DNA from: Ignavibacteriales bacterium
GTDB taxonomy: Bacteria; Bacteroidota; Ignavibacteria; UBA10030; UBA6906
Assembly: GCA_037441705.1 (NCBI GenBank)
Contig: JBBIRR010000009.1
Coordinates: 20,110-84,109, forward strand
Direction of reading: 5' to 3'
DNA length: 64,000 nucleotides
In this document: piece by piece, positions 19,211 to 27,531 of the stretch
How positions within the stretch are numbered: the first letter of the stretch is position 1
How the letters are laid out: each line of letters begins with the position of its first letter
Translations under genes and position numbers: made by a program
Notes under the pieces: model-generated
What the model was told of the DNA's origin: nothing
Database searches by the model: none
What the model saw: the letters and a program-made list of their open reading frames with translations, nothing else

Positions 19211-21520
19211 CTAGAGGGGATATCGCCTCCTGAAGTTTGGAAACGTCCCCTTCACCGCCGCCTCGAGTCCGATCAGCGCATCAGGATGCTCAAAGACCGG
19301 CCGTAGATGGTGCTCAAGCTCAAAGGCGGCGAGCGTCTTGTTGTCAACGCCGCTGATGAACCCTTCAAAGCCGCGCGCAATCAGATAGTCTGCCACGCAC
19401 ACCGCGTGCGGAGAGGCAGCCACCACGCGCCGCAGCGCTCTCGACGCGATTGCTTCAAGCTCGCCGGTGAATCCCACCTTCACGTGACCGCGAGCCTGAG
19501 CATAGAGTGTCGGCAGAAGATCAGCCTGATTGAACAGGTCACGGGCGACATGCAGCTCTTGCCGATCAGCCAGGGACAATCCTGTTTCCAACCGCTCGAA
19601 GGTGAGCGCGTCGATCTGTTTCCCTTCAATCATTCTGCCGCCGTTTTCGATGATGGCGTGAGCAATCACATCGGCTGCATCGTCGCGCCGATGCTGAGGA
19701 ACGACGACGTCGGCAAAACCCAGGTGATACAGAAGCTGCGGAGAAGACGTCGGGATGCCTCCTGCAAGCATGTAGTAGCGTGCAAGCGCAACGGCTAGCT
19801 CCGCATCGTTCGTCTTTTTGTAGATGACTTGCGGAAACGTGAGCGTACCGCGCAAACCGGGATAGATGCCGAGACGCGTTTCAGGAAGCGAGAAGGTCGT
19901 GCGATTGGTGATGAGAACGATCGCGTTCGGGTCGAGAGCAAACGCACATGCCACTTCAACCCCGCCGCCGAATGCCTGTCCATCCACGATCGCGATCTTC
20001 GGCTTGGACGTTCCTGTCATGACCTCGAAGATGACCTGCTGCCATTCTTCCGTGTCACGCTTGATGGCATCAAAATCCTGTGCCTTGATTCTCTCGATAA
20101 ACGTTGGAATGTGTGCCCCGGCAATAAAGGTTTTGATCGGCGCAGTATCGAAGATGATGACCTTGCAGTCGTCATCCCCGTTTGCCTCCTTGAATTGCTG
20201 CTTCAACTCGGCGAAGACCTCGTTGCTCATAGCGTTGGCAGCACGAGGATTTGAGAGTGTGATCCGGCGGACGGCGCCGTTGCGCTCATGCTCCGTGTAC
20301 ACCGTTGAGAGGCGGAACCGCCACGGCGTTGCCACACCCATCTCTTCTTTGAGGAGATTGCAGATGGGGAAATCCTGCTTGAACGTTTTTGCAAGCTCGG
20401 CGCGTTGCAGGATAATCTCATGCACCTTCTTCTTGCCGATCTTATTCATCAGCGTGAACGGTCCCTCTCGCCAGAGAAACGCATTTTGCGTCAGCAACTC
20501 GAGGTCTTCAATCGTAATCAATCCGGCATCAACCGTCTCCGTTGCCGTGAGAAAGCCGATGGCGAGAAAGCGGTTAGAAAGAGCCTCAATGGTTTGGGGT
20601 TCGGGGGTCGACGTTTGGGAGCTGCTGTCGTGAACCCAGCGGACTGTTGACTTGTCGGCTGCTGCGTTGTAGCACTCGATCAGCTGAACGTAATTCTGCC
20701 GGGGCGTGAAGAAGTTTCCATAGACGCTGAAGAGGGGATCATTCGGATTGGACGAATCCGAGAACGAACGCATGGAGTGGAGACCAACGGGGAGTCCGGT
20801 GACATCCATCAGCTCCAGAAAACCGACGGGGATGCCGTAGGCCTGCTTGCCCGCAGCTTCTACGGTCGCCACATCGAACCCTTCCTCTAACATTCGTGTG
20901 GCTTCAAGCAGCAGCGCAACGAAGATAATGTCAGCAACACCTCCTTTGCGGCTCCCGCGAATGTGTGTGGGGATTTTCCCGCCGAGCTTGAGGTACCTTC
21001 GCGCAAGCGCCTTGCTCTCTTCGGAGGCAGTCTCCGTACCCGCATACTCTCCGGCTCTGTTCTTGTGCGGAAGATAGAAGTAGTGCATCCACACGACTTT
21101 GTGGGGACGTTTGGTGACAGCAGCGAGAGTGTTCGTATCGAGCGAGGAGGAGTTTGATGCAAGAACAACGTGCGGAGCGGCAAGCGAGTCGAGGCAGCGG
21201 AAGATTTCCTGTTTGATGTCGAGCCGCTCGGTGGCTGCTTCGATCACGAGCTTGAGGTTCGATCCCTTGCAGGCTTCGCTGTAGCTGGTCGTGCCGATGA
21301 TTCGCTCGCGGATTGCTCGCACCTCGGCCGGCGAGAAGATCTTTCCTTTGGCGCGTTCAAGCTCATGCGCGATCGTCTGGAACCCGCGCTGGAGGATTTC
21401 GCCCGAGACATCCAACAAGCCCACGTGGAAGCCGCTCTGCGCGTACGTCTGCGCGAGACTTGCACCCATCGTGCCCGCGCCGACGATGAGAAGCTCTATG
21501 TTATTCCAGGACGTCTTCAT
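19211..21520 (-). CDS. Bifunctional 3-hydroxyacyl-CoA dehydrogenase (N-terminal) / enoyl-CoA hydratase (C-terminal)
   Basis: GAGTMG, IEAATE..K and SNSSS; C-terminal AFGGGVE and LPETRLGIYPG; start MKTSW at 21520. Confidence 0.8.
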   Translation of the reverse strand: MKTSWNNIELLIVGAGTMGASLAQTYAQSGFHVGLLDVSGEILQRGFQTIAHELERAKGKIFSPAEVRAIRERIIGTTSYSEACKGSNLKLVIEAATERLDIKQEIFRCLDSLAAPHVVLASNSSSLDTNTLAAVTKRPHKVVWMHYFYLPHKNRAGEYAGTETASEESKALARRYLKLGGKIPTHIRGSRKGGVADIIFVALLLEATRMLEEGFDVATVEAAGKQAYGIPVGFLELMDVTGLPVGLHSMRSFSDSSNPNDPLFSVYGNFFTPRQNYVQLIECYNAAADKSTVRWVHDSSSQTSTPEPQTIEALSNRFLAIGFLTATETVDAGLITIEDLELLTQNAFLWREGPFTLMNKIGKKKVHEIILQRAELAKTFKQDFPICNLLKEEMGVATPWRFRLSTVYTEHERNGAVRRITLSNPRAANAMSNEVFAELKQQFKEANGDDDCKVIIFDTAPIKTFIAGAHIPTFIERIKAQDFDAIKRDTEEWQQVIFEVMTGTSKPKIAIVDGQAFGGGVEVACAFALDPNAIVLITNRTTFSLPETRLGIYPGLRGTLTFPQVIYKKTNDAELAVALARYYMLAGGIPTSSPQLLYHLGFADVVVPQHRRDDAADVIAHAIIENGGRMIEGKQIDALTFERLETGLSLADRQELHVARDLFNQADLLPTLYAQARGHVKVGFTGELEAIASRALRRVVAASPHAVCVADYLIARGFEGFISGVDNKTLAAFELEHHLRPVFEHPDALIGLEAAVKGTFPNFRRRYPL

Positions 21521-21540
21521 GATGCTCAAGCTTCTGTGCC

Positions 21541-21688
21541 CAAGCTCCAATAATCAAGTTCCAAGTCCCAAAGAAATTCCAAATCCCAACTCTCCAGTCT
21601 CAACACCGAACCTGCTGGCGAGCACGGCTATTGGAAATTTGAACACTGGAGCTTCTTTGTGATTTGTCATTTGTGTTGCTGGAATTTC
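21541..21688. repeat. Heptamer-periodic palindromic element (copy 9, both arms)
   Basis: caagctccaataatcaagttccaagtcccaaagaaattccaaatcccaa, followed by ttggaaatttgaacactggagcttctttgtgatttgtcatttg. Confidence 0.8.
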
Positions 21689-21690
21689 TA

Positions 21691-22944
21691 TTACACGTAT
21701 CCTTCGACAATCAGCGCGCCGCCCTGACCGCCGCCAATGCATGCGCTGGCAAGGCCGAAACCGCCGAGCTTGAGCAGCGCAATCGTCATCCGTGCGCCGG
21801 TTGCACCGAGCGGATGCCCTAACGCAATCGCTCCGCCGTTCAGGTTCACTTTTGTTCGATCAAGGTCAAGCTCGCGCTCAACGGCGAGGTACTGTCCGCC
21901 GAACGCCTCGTTGATCTCAATGTGCTTCAGGTGTTTCCACGTAAGCCCGGCGCGCTTCAATGCAATTATTGATGCAGGGACGGGACCGATTCCCATGTAA
22001 TGCGGGTCGACGCCGGCAACGCCCCAGGAAATAAGCTCACCGATCGGCTCGACGCCCAACTCTTTTGCCTTGCGCGCAGTCGTCATGACAAGCGCCGCGG
22101 CACCATCCACAATGCCGGATGAGTTGCCGCCCGTGTGCACGCCGTCGGGTTTCACAGACGGAAGTTTCGCAAGAGCAGCGAGCGTTGTATCGGGACGGGG
22201 GTTTTCGTCGGTAGAAAGAATGCGCTCCTGTCTTCCTTCACGAATCACCACCGGCGTGATCTCTTTGCTGAGCCGGCAGCGTTCCTGTGCTTCCTTCGCC
22301 TTCATCTGTGACGACAGTGCGAACGCATCCACCTCCTCGCGCGTGATGCCGTACAGGCGAACGAGATTCTCGGCCGTCCCCATCATGTCGTTGTTGATAA
22401 AAGTATCGGTGAGTCCATCCTTGAAGAGGAACATCATTCGCGGCCCAAGCATGTACGGAAAGCCAAATGCCGCCCCGTACACAAGCATCGGGGATTGCGA
22501 GGTGCTTTCGTAGCCGCCAACGATCACAACCTCGGCCTCGCCGCCCAGCAGCTCCTTCGCTCCCTGCACAATCGCCTCGCCTCCCGACCAGCAGATGCGG
22601 TTCACGGTGAGAGCGGTAGAGAAGTGTGAGAGACCCGCCTTCAGCGCGACATGCCGTGCCCCATAGTGCGAGTCAATGCTCGTGTGCATGCCGTTGCCGA
22701 AGATGGCAGCGTCAATCACCTCGGTACGATCCGCGAGGCTTGCTTGTTCGATGGCCGCCCGCGCTGCCAGCACGCCGAGATCAATCGACGAAAAGTCTTT
22801 CAGGCTTCCGCCGACGCGACCGAATGGTGTGCGCGTCGCTGAAAGAAAAACGATGCGTTCGCCAGAGTTCCGCTTGAACCACGGTAGGCCGGCGGGTTTC
22901 TCCTCTTTCACATGATAGAGGATCGTGTCAATCTTCTTTCCCAT
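21691..22944 (-). CDS. Acetyl-CoA C-acyltransferase (thiolase)
   Basis: RTPFG, NRICWSG (catalytic Cys), NEAF, GHPLGATG and CIGGGQG. Confidence 0.9.
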   Translation of the reverse strand: MGKKIDTILYHVKEEKPAGLPWFKRNSGERIVFLSATRTPFGRVGGSLKDFSSIDLGVLAARAAIEQASLADRTEVIDAAIFGNGMHTSIDSHYGARHVALKAGLSHFSTALTVNRICWSGGEAIVQGAKELLGGEAEVVIVGGYESTSQSPMLVYGAAFGFPYMLGPRMMFLFKDGLTDTFINNDMMGTAENLVRLYGITREEVDAFALSSQMKAKEAQERCRLSKEITPVVIREGRQERILSTDENPRPDTTLAALAKLPSVKPDGVHTGGNSSGIVDGAAALVMTTARKAKELGVEPIGELISWGVAGVDPHYMGIGPVPASIIALKRAGLTWKHLKHIEINEAFGGQYLAVERELDLDRTKVNLNGGAIALGHPLGATGARMTIALLKLGGFGLASACIGGGQGGALIVEGYV

Positions 22945-23362
22945 TCATCGTCCGCCAGATGGTGTTGAGCGTATTGATGAATTCTGATTCTTGTTGTGGG
23001 GAAAATGATCTCATCGCGTCGCGGTTGATCACCTCAGCAATGGCACTTGCACTCTGCGCGAGAGCTTTCCCTTTGGGGGTAAGAAAAACATTGATGACGC
23101 GTCGGTCGCCGGCGACGCGGCGCCGTTCGACAAGCCCGTCGCGCTCCATCCGATCCACAATGCCGGTGATCGTCGGATTATCGAAGTAGAGTTTTTGTCC
23201 GAGCAGCGAGAGCGACGCTCCATCATGTTCACGCAGAGCTTCGAGCACGATGTACTGAGTCGCGGTGATGTTATGTTCGGAGAGTCGGGCTTCGAGCGCG
23301 CGCTTCATGCTGCGGGCCGCCCGCGCAAGAAGGAAGCCCACGCTCCCGTCGAGAGCGTTCAT
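22928..23362 (-). CDS. MarR family transcriptional regulator (BadR-like position)
   Basis: ITATQY, ITGIVDRMERDGLVER and DRR...LTPKG. Confidence 0.9.
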   Translation of the reverse strand: MNALDGSVGFLLARAARSMKRALEARLSEHNITATQYIVLEALREHDGASLSLLGQKLYFDNPTITGIVDRMERDGLVERRRVAGDRRVINVFLTPKGKALAQSASAIAEVINRDAMRSFSPQQESEFINTLNTIWRTMNGKED

Positions 23363-23441
23363 GGTGCCTTTACGAACTTGGGATTATGCGCCCTGAGGAG
23401 GGTAGATTGCGGAGGATATCAGTTCAGGGCGAAGAACAGTT

Positions 23442-23495
23442 TGTACGCTGAATATTCGTACACTAATAATATAAGGCAAAAAACTCGGAAATCAA
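23442..23495 (-). promoter_or_regulatory. sigma70-like promoter of the marR-led operon with a downstream palindromic operator
   Basis: TTGATT (23495-23490), 16 nt, TATATT (23473-23468); TGTACG-N9-CGTACA at 23442-23462. Confidence 0.55.
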
Positions 23496-23518
23496 GGGGG
23501 TCCCGAAGATTTAATCTT

Positions 23519-24781
23519 TCAGACCATCCTTCTCGGGTCGGTAATCACCCCGGCCACCGCCGACGCTGCCGCCACGGCCGGACTTGCGAGGAAGACTTTG
23601 CTTGTCGGGTGACCGTTGCGGCCCTTGAAGTTCCGGTTGGTGGTGTAGAGGCCCACTTCGTTCTCGGCGAGGATGCCCATGTGGCCGCCGATGCACGGGC
23701 CGCAGGTCGGCGGACTGATAGTTGCGCCCGCTTCAACGAATACCTTCAGCAACCCCTCGTCAATCATCTGCAAATACACTTGCTGCGTTGCAGGAATCAC
23801 AATCATGCGCACGTCGGGCGCGACTTCACGTCCGCGCAGGAGTTCAGCGGCGATGCGAAAATCCTCAATGCGTCCGTTGGTGCAGGAGCCGAGAACCACC
23901 TGATCGATCTTTATAGAATCAATTTGTGAGATCGGTTTAACGTTGCTCGGAAGATACGGAAGCGCTACTTGTGGCTCCAGATCGGTGACATCAATCTCCA
24001 TCACCTGTGCATACTCAGCGTCTGGGTCGGAGTGGTGGATGACATACGCGCGGTCACTACGGCCGCGGATGAACTCCAGCACCTTCTCATCCGCCTCGGT
24101 GATGCCGCCTTTCGCTCCGGCTTCAATCGCCATGTTGCAGAGCGTGAACCGATCCGCAAGCGGAAGCTGCTCCACAACCTCTCCGGTAAACTCGATCGAG
24201 GCATAGATTGCGCCCTCGACTCCGAGGATGCCGATCGTGTGGAGAATCAAATCCTTCCCTCCAACAAATTCTCCCAGTTTGCCTTTGTAAACGATCTTGA
24301 TTGACGGCGGCACTTTGAACCAATTCTCCCCTAACGCCCACGATGCGGCCATGTCGGTACTGCCAACGCCTGTGGCAAATGCACCGAGCGCCCCGTAGGT
24401 GCACGTGTGGGAGTCCGCACCGATGACGAGGTCGCCCGGCATCACAAGCCCGCTCTCCGGCACGATGCAGTGACAGAGACCCGAGCGACCGACTTCGAAA
24501 TAACTCTCGATACCGTACGTCTGGGCGAACTCGCGCATCGTTTTGGAGAGACCGGCCGCCTGAATGTCCTTCGCCGGCACAAAGTGGTCGTTGACGAGGG
24601 CAATCTTCGTCCGATCGAACACATCATCGGCGCCGATCCTGTTGAACACTTCGACCGCAAGTGGGACGGTAACATCCGTCCCCATGACAAGATCAATGCG
24701 GGCGTAGACAAGTTCGCCGGGCCGCACAACATCACGATCCGCGTGCGCGGCGAAGATTTTTTCGGTGATGGTCATTGGCAT
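23519..24781 (-). CDS. leuC: 3-isopropylmalate dehydratase/homoaconitase large subunit (LeuC/HacA type)
   Basis: DHFVP, GADSHTCTYGA, GSCTNGR, CGPCIGGHMG and TTNRNFKGRNG. Confidence 0.92.
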   Translation of the reverse strand: MPMTITEKIFAAHADRDVVRPGELVYARIDLVMGTDVTVPLAVEVFNRIGADDVFDRTKIALVNDHFVPAKDIQAAGLSKTMREFAQTYGIESYFEVGRSGLCHCIVPESGLVMPGDLVIGADSHTCTYGALGAFATGVGSTDMAASWALGENWFKVPPSIKIVYKGKLGEFVGGKDLILHTIGILGVEGAIYASIEFTGEVVEQLPLADRFTLCNMAIEAGAKGGITEADEKVLEFIRGRSDRAYVIHHSDPDAEYAQVMEIDVTDLEPQVALPYLPSNVKPISQIDSIKIDQVVLGSCTNGRIEDFRIAAELLRGREVAPDVRMIVIPATQQVYLQMIDEGLLKVFVEAGATISPPTCGPCIGGHMGILAENEVGLYTTNRNFKGRNGHPTSKVFLASPAVAAASAVAGVITDPRRMV

Positions 24782-24826
24782 GGTTGAGCCTCCATATTAT
24801 AGACTGTTACGCTCGGCGAGGTTGAG

Positions 24827-25912
24827 TTAATCGCTGGCGGCACCTGACTTCAACACCTCCAGTACAGCCTCGCCGGCTTCACGCGTTCCCAGTGTTCCGC
24901 CGAGATCGCTTGTTGTCTTGTTCTCGCGAACGGCCTGCCGCACCGCCTGTTCCACAAGTTCGCCTTCCGCTGTGAAGCCAAGGTGCTCCAGCATCAGCGC
25001 GGCAGTGAGGATAGCACCGAAAGGATTTGCAACATTCTTGCCGGCGTATTTGGGTGCCGAGCCATGCACCGGCTCGAACATGCACACGCCGTTCGGGTTG
25101 ATGTTGCCCGATGCTGCCATGCCCAGCCCGCCTTGCAGTTGCGCGCCGATATCCGTGATGATGTCGCCGAACATGTTGTTGGTGACAATCACCTGAAATT
25201 GCTCCGGTCGTTTGATCATCTGCATCGCCAGTGCATCTATGAACCAGTGCTCTTTCTCGATATCGGGGTACTGCTCGCCGACCTCCTGAAAGACGCGATA
25301 CCACAGGTCGCCCTCGAAGCGCAGCGCATTGTTCTTATCGCTCATCGTCACCTTCGAGTGACCGTGTGTTCTGGCATACTCGAATGCGTAGCGGATGATC
25401 CGCTCGACGCCTTTGTACGTGTTCACGCTTTCCTGCACCGCAACTTCGTCTTTGGTTCCCTTCTTGAAGATGCCTCCCATGCCGACGTACAGCCCTTCGG
25501 TGTTTTCACGGAAGACAACGAAGTTCACATCTTCCACACTCTTTCCTTTCAACGGACAGAGTTTTTCATCGAACAGCTTCACCGGACGGAAGTTGACATA
25601 CAGGTCGAGGCCGAACCGCATACCGAAGAGAATATCCCGCGCATGAGCCATGTCGGGAATACGCGGGTCGCCGAGCGCGCCGAGAAAGATCGCGGCGTAG
25701 TTCTCGCGGAAATCCTCAAGCTGTTCTTTGGGCAGCGAGATGCCGCTGCGCAAATACTTCTCTGCGCCGAAATCAAATTGCACAAGCTCAAGATCGAGCG
25801 CGCGGCTTGACGCGATGAACTCAAGGACCTTCACCGCTTCGCGAGTGACTTCAAGACCGATGCCGTCGCCGGGAATCACGGCAATCTTATGCCGAGAAGA
25901 AGGTATCATCAT
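24827..25912 (-). CDS. leuB: Isocitrate/isopropylmalate family decarboxylating dehydrogenase
   Basis: PGDGIG.EV, RENTEGLY, NMFGDIITD, FEPVHGSAP and ANPFGAIL. Confidence 0.88.
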   Translation of the reverse strand: MMIPSSRHKIAVIPGDGIGLEVTREAVKVLEFIASSRALDLELVQFDFGAEKYLRSGISLPKEQLEDFRENYAAIFLGALGDPRIPDMAHARDILFGMRFGLDLYVNFRPVKLFDEKLCPLKGKSVEDVNFVVFRENTEGLYVGMGGIFKKGTKDEVAVQESVNTYKGVERIIRYAFEYARTHGHSKVTMSDKNNALRFEGDLWYRVFQEVGEQYPDIEKEHWFIDALAMQMIKRPEQFQVIVTNNMFGDIITDIGAQLQGGLGMAASGNINPNGVCMFEPVHGSAPKYAGKNVANPFGAILTAALMLEHLGFTAEGELVEQAVRQAVRENKTTSDLGGTLGTREAGEAVLEVLKSGAASD

Positions 25913-26075
25913 TCGATCCTGTTCTTCAAGCGATGCTATTCACATCAATCCCCAACTGCGTTGGGAGAGCATCCGATGAGAAGAAACGGCGTTCGAAAGG
26001 GGGAAGGCCCAGCGCGGTGGATGTACGAGGAGTGATGTGAAGGAACGGGCAGTAATTTCAGAGATTGCTGTCCGA

Positions 26076-26104
26076 AGTATACAACATGGGCGCGTCAATG
26101 TCAA
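26076..26104 (-). promoter_or_regulatory. Near-consensus sigma70 promoter for leuB-leuC
   Basis: TTGACA (26104-26099), 17 nt, TATACT (26081-26076). Confidence 0.7.
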
Positions 26105-26143
26105 GCGTTGCCGCAACATCAGCGCTGCGTCCGATGATGGAAA

Positions 26144-26512
26144 TTATTTTTTGAAGAACATGTAGATGGAGATAAGGAAGAGAAAACCGGCAAACAGCCT
26201 GCGCAGCGTATCGCCTGAAAGCTCTTGTGCAAGCTGCGCTCCGAAAAATGTTCCGGCAAACAGCCCGGCAGCAACAATCAACCCATCTCTGAGGTGAACC
26301 GAAGTAATGCTGCCGCTGTGATAGTAACTCCACACGCCAAGGATACCCACCGGCAGCAACAATGCGACAAGGGAGGTTCCCGTGGCCGCATGCTGCGGCA
26401 TGCCCAGCAGCAATACCAGCGCGGGGACGATCAGCACTCCTCCACCGATGCCGAACATCCCTGCGAGGATTCCGGCAGTCATTCCTATCAAGCCAAGATA
26501 GACATAGAACAT
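26144..26512 (-). CDS. TauE/SafE (TSUP) family half-size membrane protein
   Basis: GMFGIGGGVLIVPAL and QHAATGTSL; four hydrophobic segments. Confidence 0.85.
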   Translation of the reverse strand: MFYVYLGLIGMTAGILAGMFGIGGGVLIVPALVLLLGMPQHAATGTSLVALLLPVGILGVWSYYHSGSITSVHLRDGLIVAAGLFAGTFFGAQLAQELSGDTLRRLFAGFLFLISIYMFFKK

Positions 26513-26555
26513 TCTACCCTCTTTGTTTTGTGGGTTGATGATTTTGGAAGAATCC

Positions 26556-27497
26556 TCATCCGTCTGCTACAAACAACCGATGGATGGCAGCGGCTACCTG
26601 TGCCGCGTTTTCGTACTCCTCCATCTTTATCCATCGGATTCTCTTGTCGCGCCTGAACCAGGTGAGCTGCCGTTTTGCATACCGGCGTGAATTCTGTTTA
26701 AAGAGGCGCACCATCTCGTCATAGGAAATCTCTCCGCGCCGGTAGGCAAACACTTCGGCGTAGCCCACCGTATTGAGTGCATTCAGCCTCGGTGTGTAGC
26801 CTCGCTGTTCGAGCGCTTCAACTTCTTCTATAAGCCCCGCGCGCAGCATCTCCTCGCACCGCTTATCAATGCGGTCATAGAGCGTTTGCCGTTCCCACGC
26901 CAAGCCGAAGAGCACGGGGGTAAAGGTGATCGCCTTTTGGGCTTCGCGATGCAGTTGCGAGATCGGCTTGCCGGTGAGGTGATAGACCTCCAGCGCTCGA
27001 ATGATGCGTCGCGGTTTTGTCGGGTCGATTCGCGCAGCCGAGACGGGGTCGACGGCGCGCAGTTCTTCGATCAGGTGCGGAAGCTCACCCGCCGCAATCC
27101 GACGCTCGAGCGCCGCGCGAAATTCTCTGTCGGCCGACGGCCCTTCGAAGATGCCGTCAATCAGCGCCTGAACGTACAGGCCGGAGCCTCCGACAACAAT
27201 CGGCGTGCGGGCGCGGGCGAAGATCTCTTCAACAACCTGCGCTGCGCGCTCGCCGAACTCGCCCGCGCTGAAGTCTCTCTCGGGTGGAAACTCGTCTACA
27301 AAGTGATGGGGGACTTCCTGGCGCTGCGTGCGCGCAGGTTTCGCCGTGCCGATATCGAGCAACTGGTAAATCTGTCGCGAGTCGGCCGAGATGATTTCCG
27401 ACGGCAACAGTTTTGCAAGCTCCATCGCCACTGTTGTTTTCCCGGAGGCGGTCGGTCCGACCAGCACGAGAACCTTCCTTCCCTGTTGCATCGGCAC
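26556..27497 (-). CDS. miaA: tRNA dimethylallyltransferase
   Basis: GPTASGKT, ADSRQIY, GGSGLY and RRYAKRQLTWF. Confidence 0.95.
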   Translation of the reverse strand: MPMQQGRKVLVLVGPTASGKTTVAMELAKLLPSEIISADSRQIYQLLDIGTAKPARTQRQEVPHHFVDEFPPERDFSAGEFGERAAQVVEEIFARARTPIVVGGSGLYVQALIDGIFEGPSADREFRAALERRIAAGELPHLIEELRAVDPVSAARIDPTKPRRIIRALEVYHLTGKPISQLHREAQKAITFTPVLFGLAWERQTLYDRIDKRCEEMLRAGLIEEVEALEQRGYTPRLNALNTVGYAEVFAYRRGEISYDEMVRLFKQNSRRYAKRQLTWFRRDKRIRWIKMEEYENAAQVAAAIHRLFVADG

Positions 27498-27531
27498 AGC
27501 TACCGGTGGTGGAGAGGGAATCCGCCGTCAC

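Noticed and set aside
5461-21550. N-terminal extensions in the ORF track for iorB, iorA, bcrC, dch and the FadB-like gene
   Set aside because: They run into repeat DNA or the upstream gene; downstream ATGs match the family N-termini.
4709-21688. Heptamer elements as a CRISPR array
   Set aside because: The copies are dispersed and degenerate, lack regular unique spacers, and no cas genes are present.
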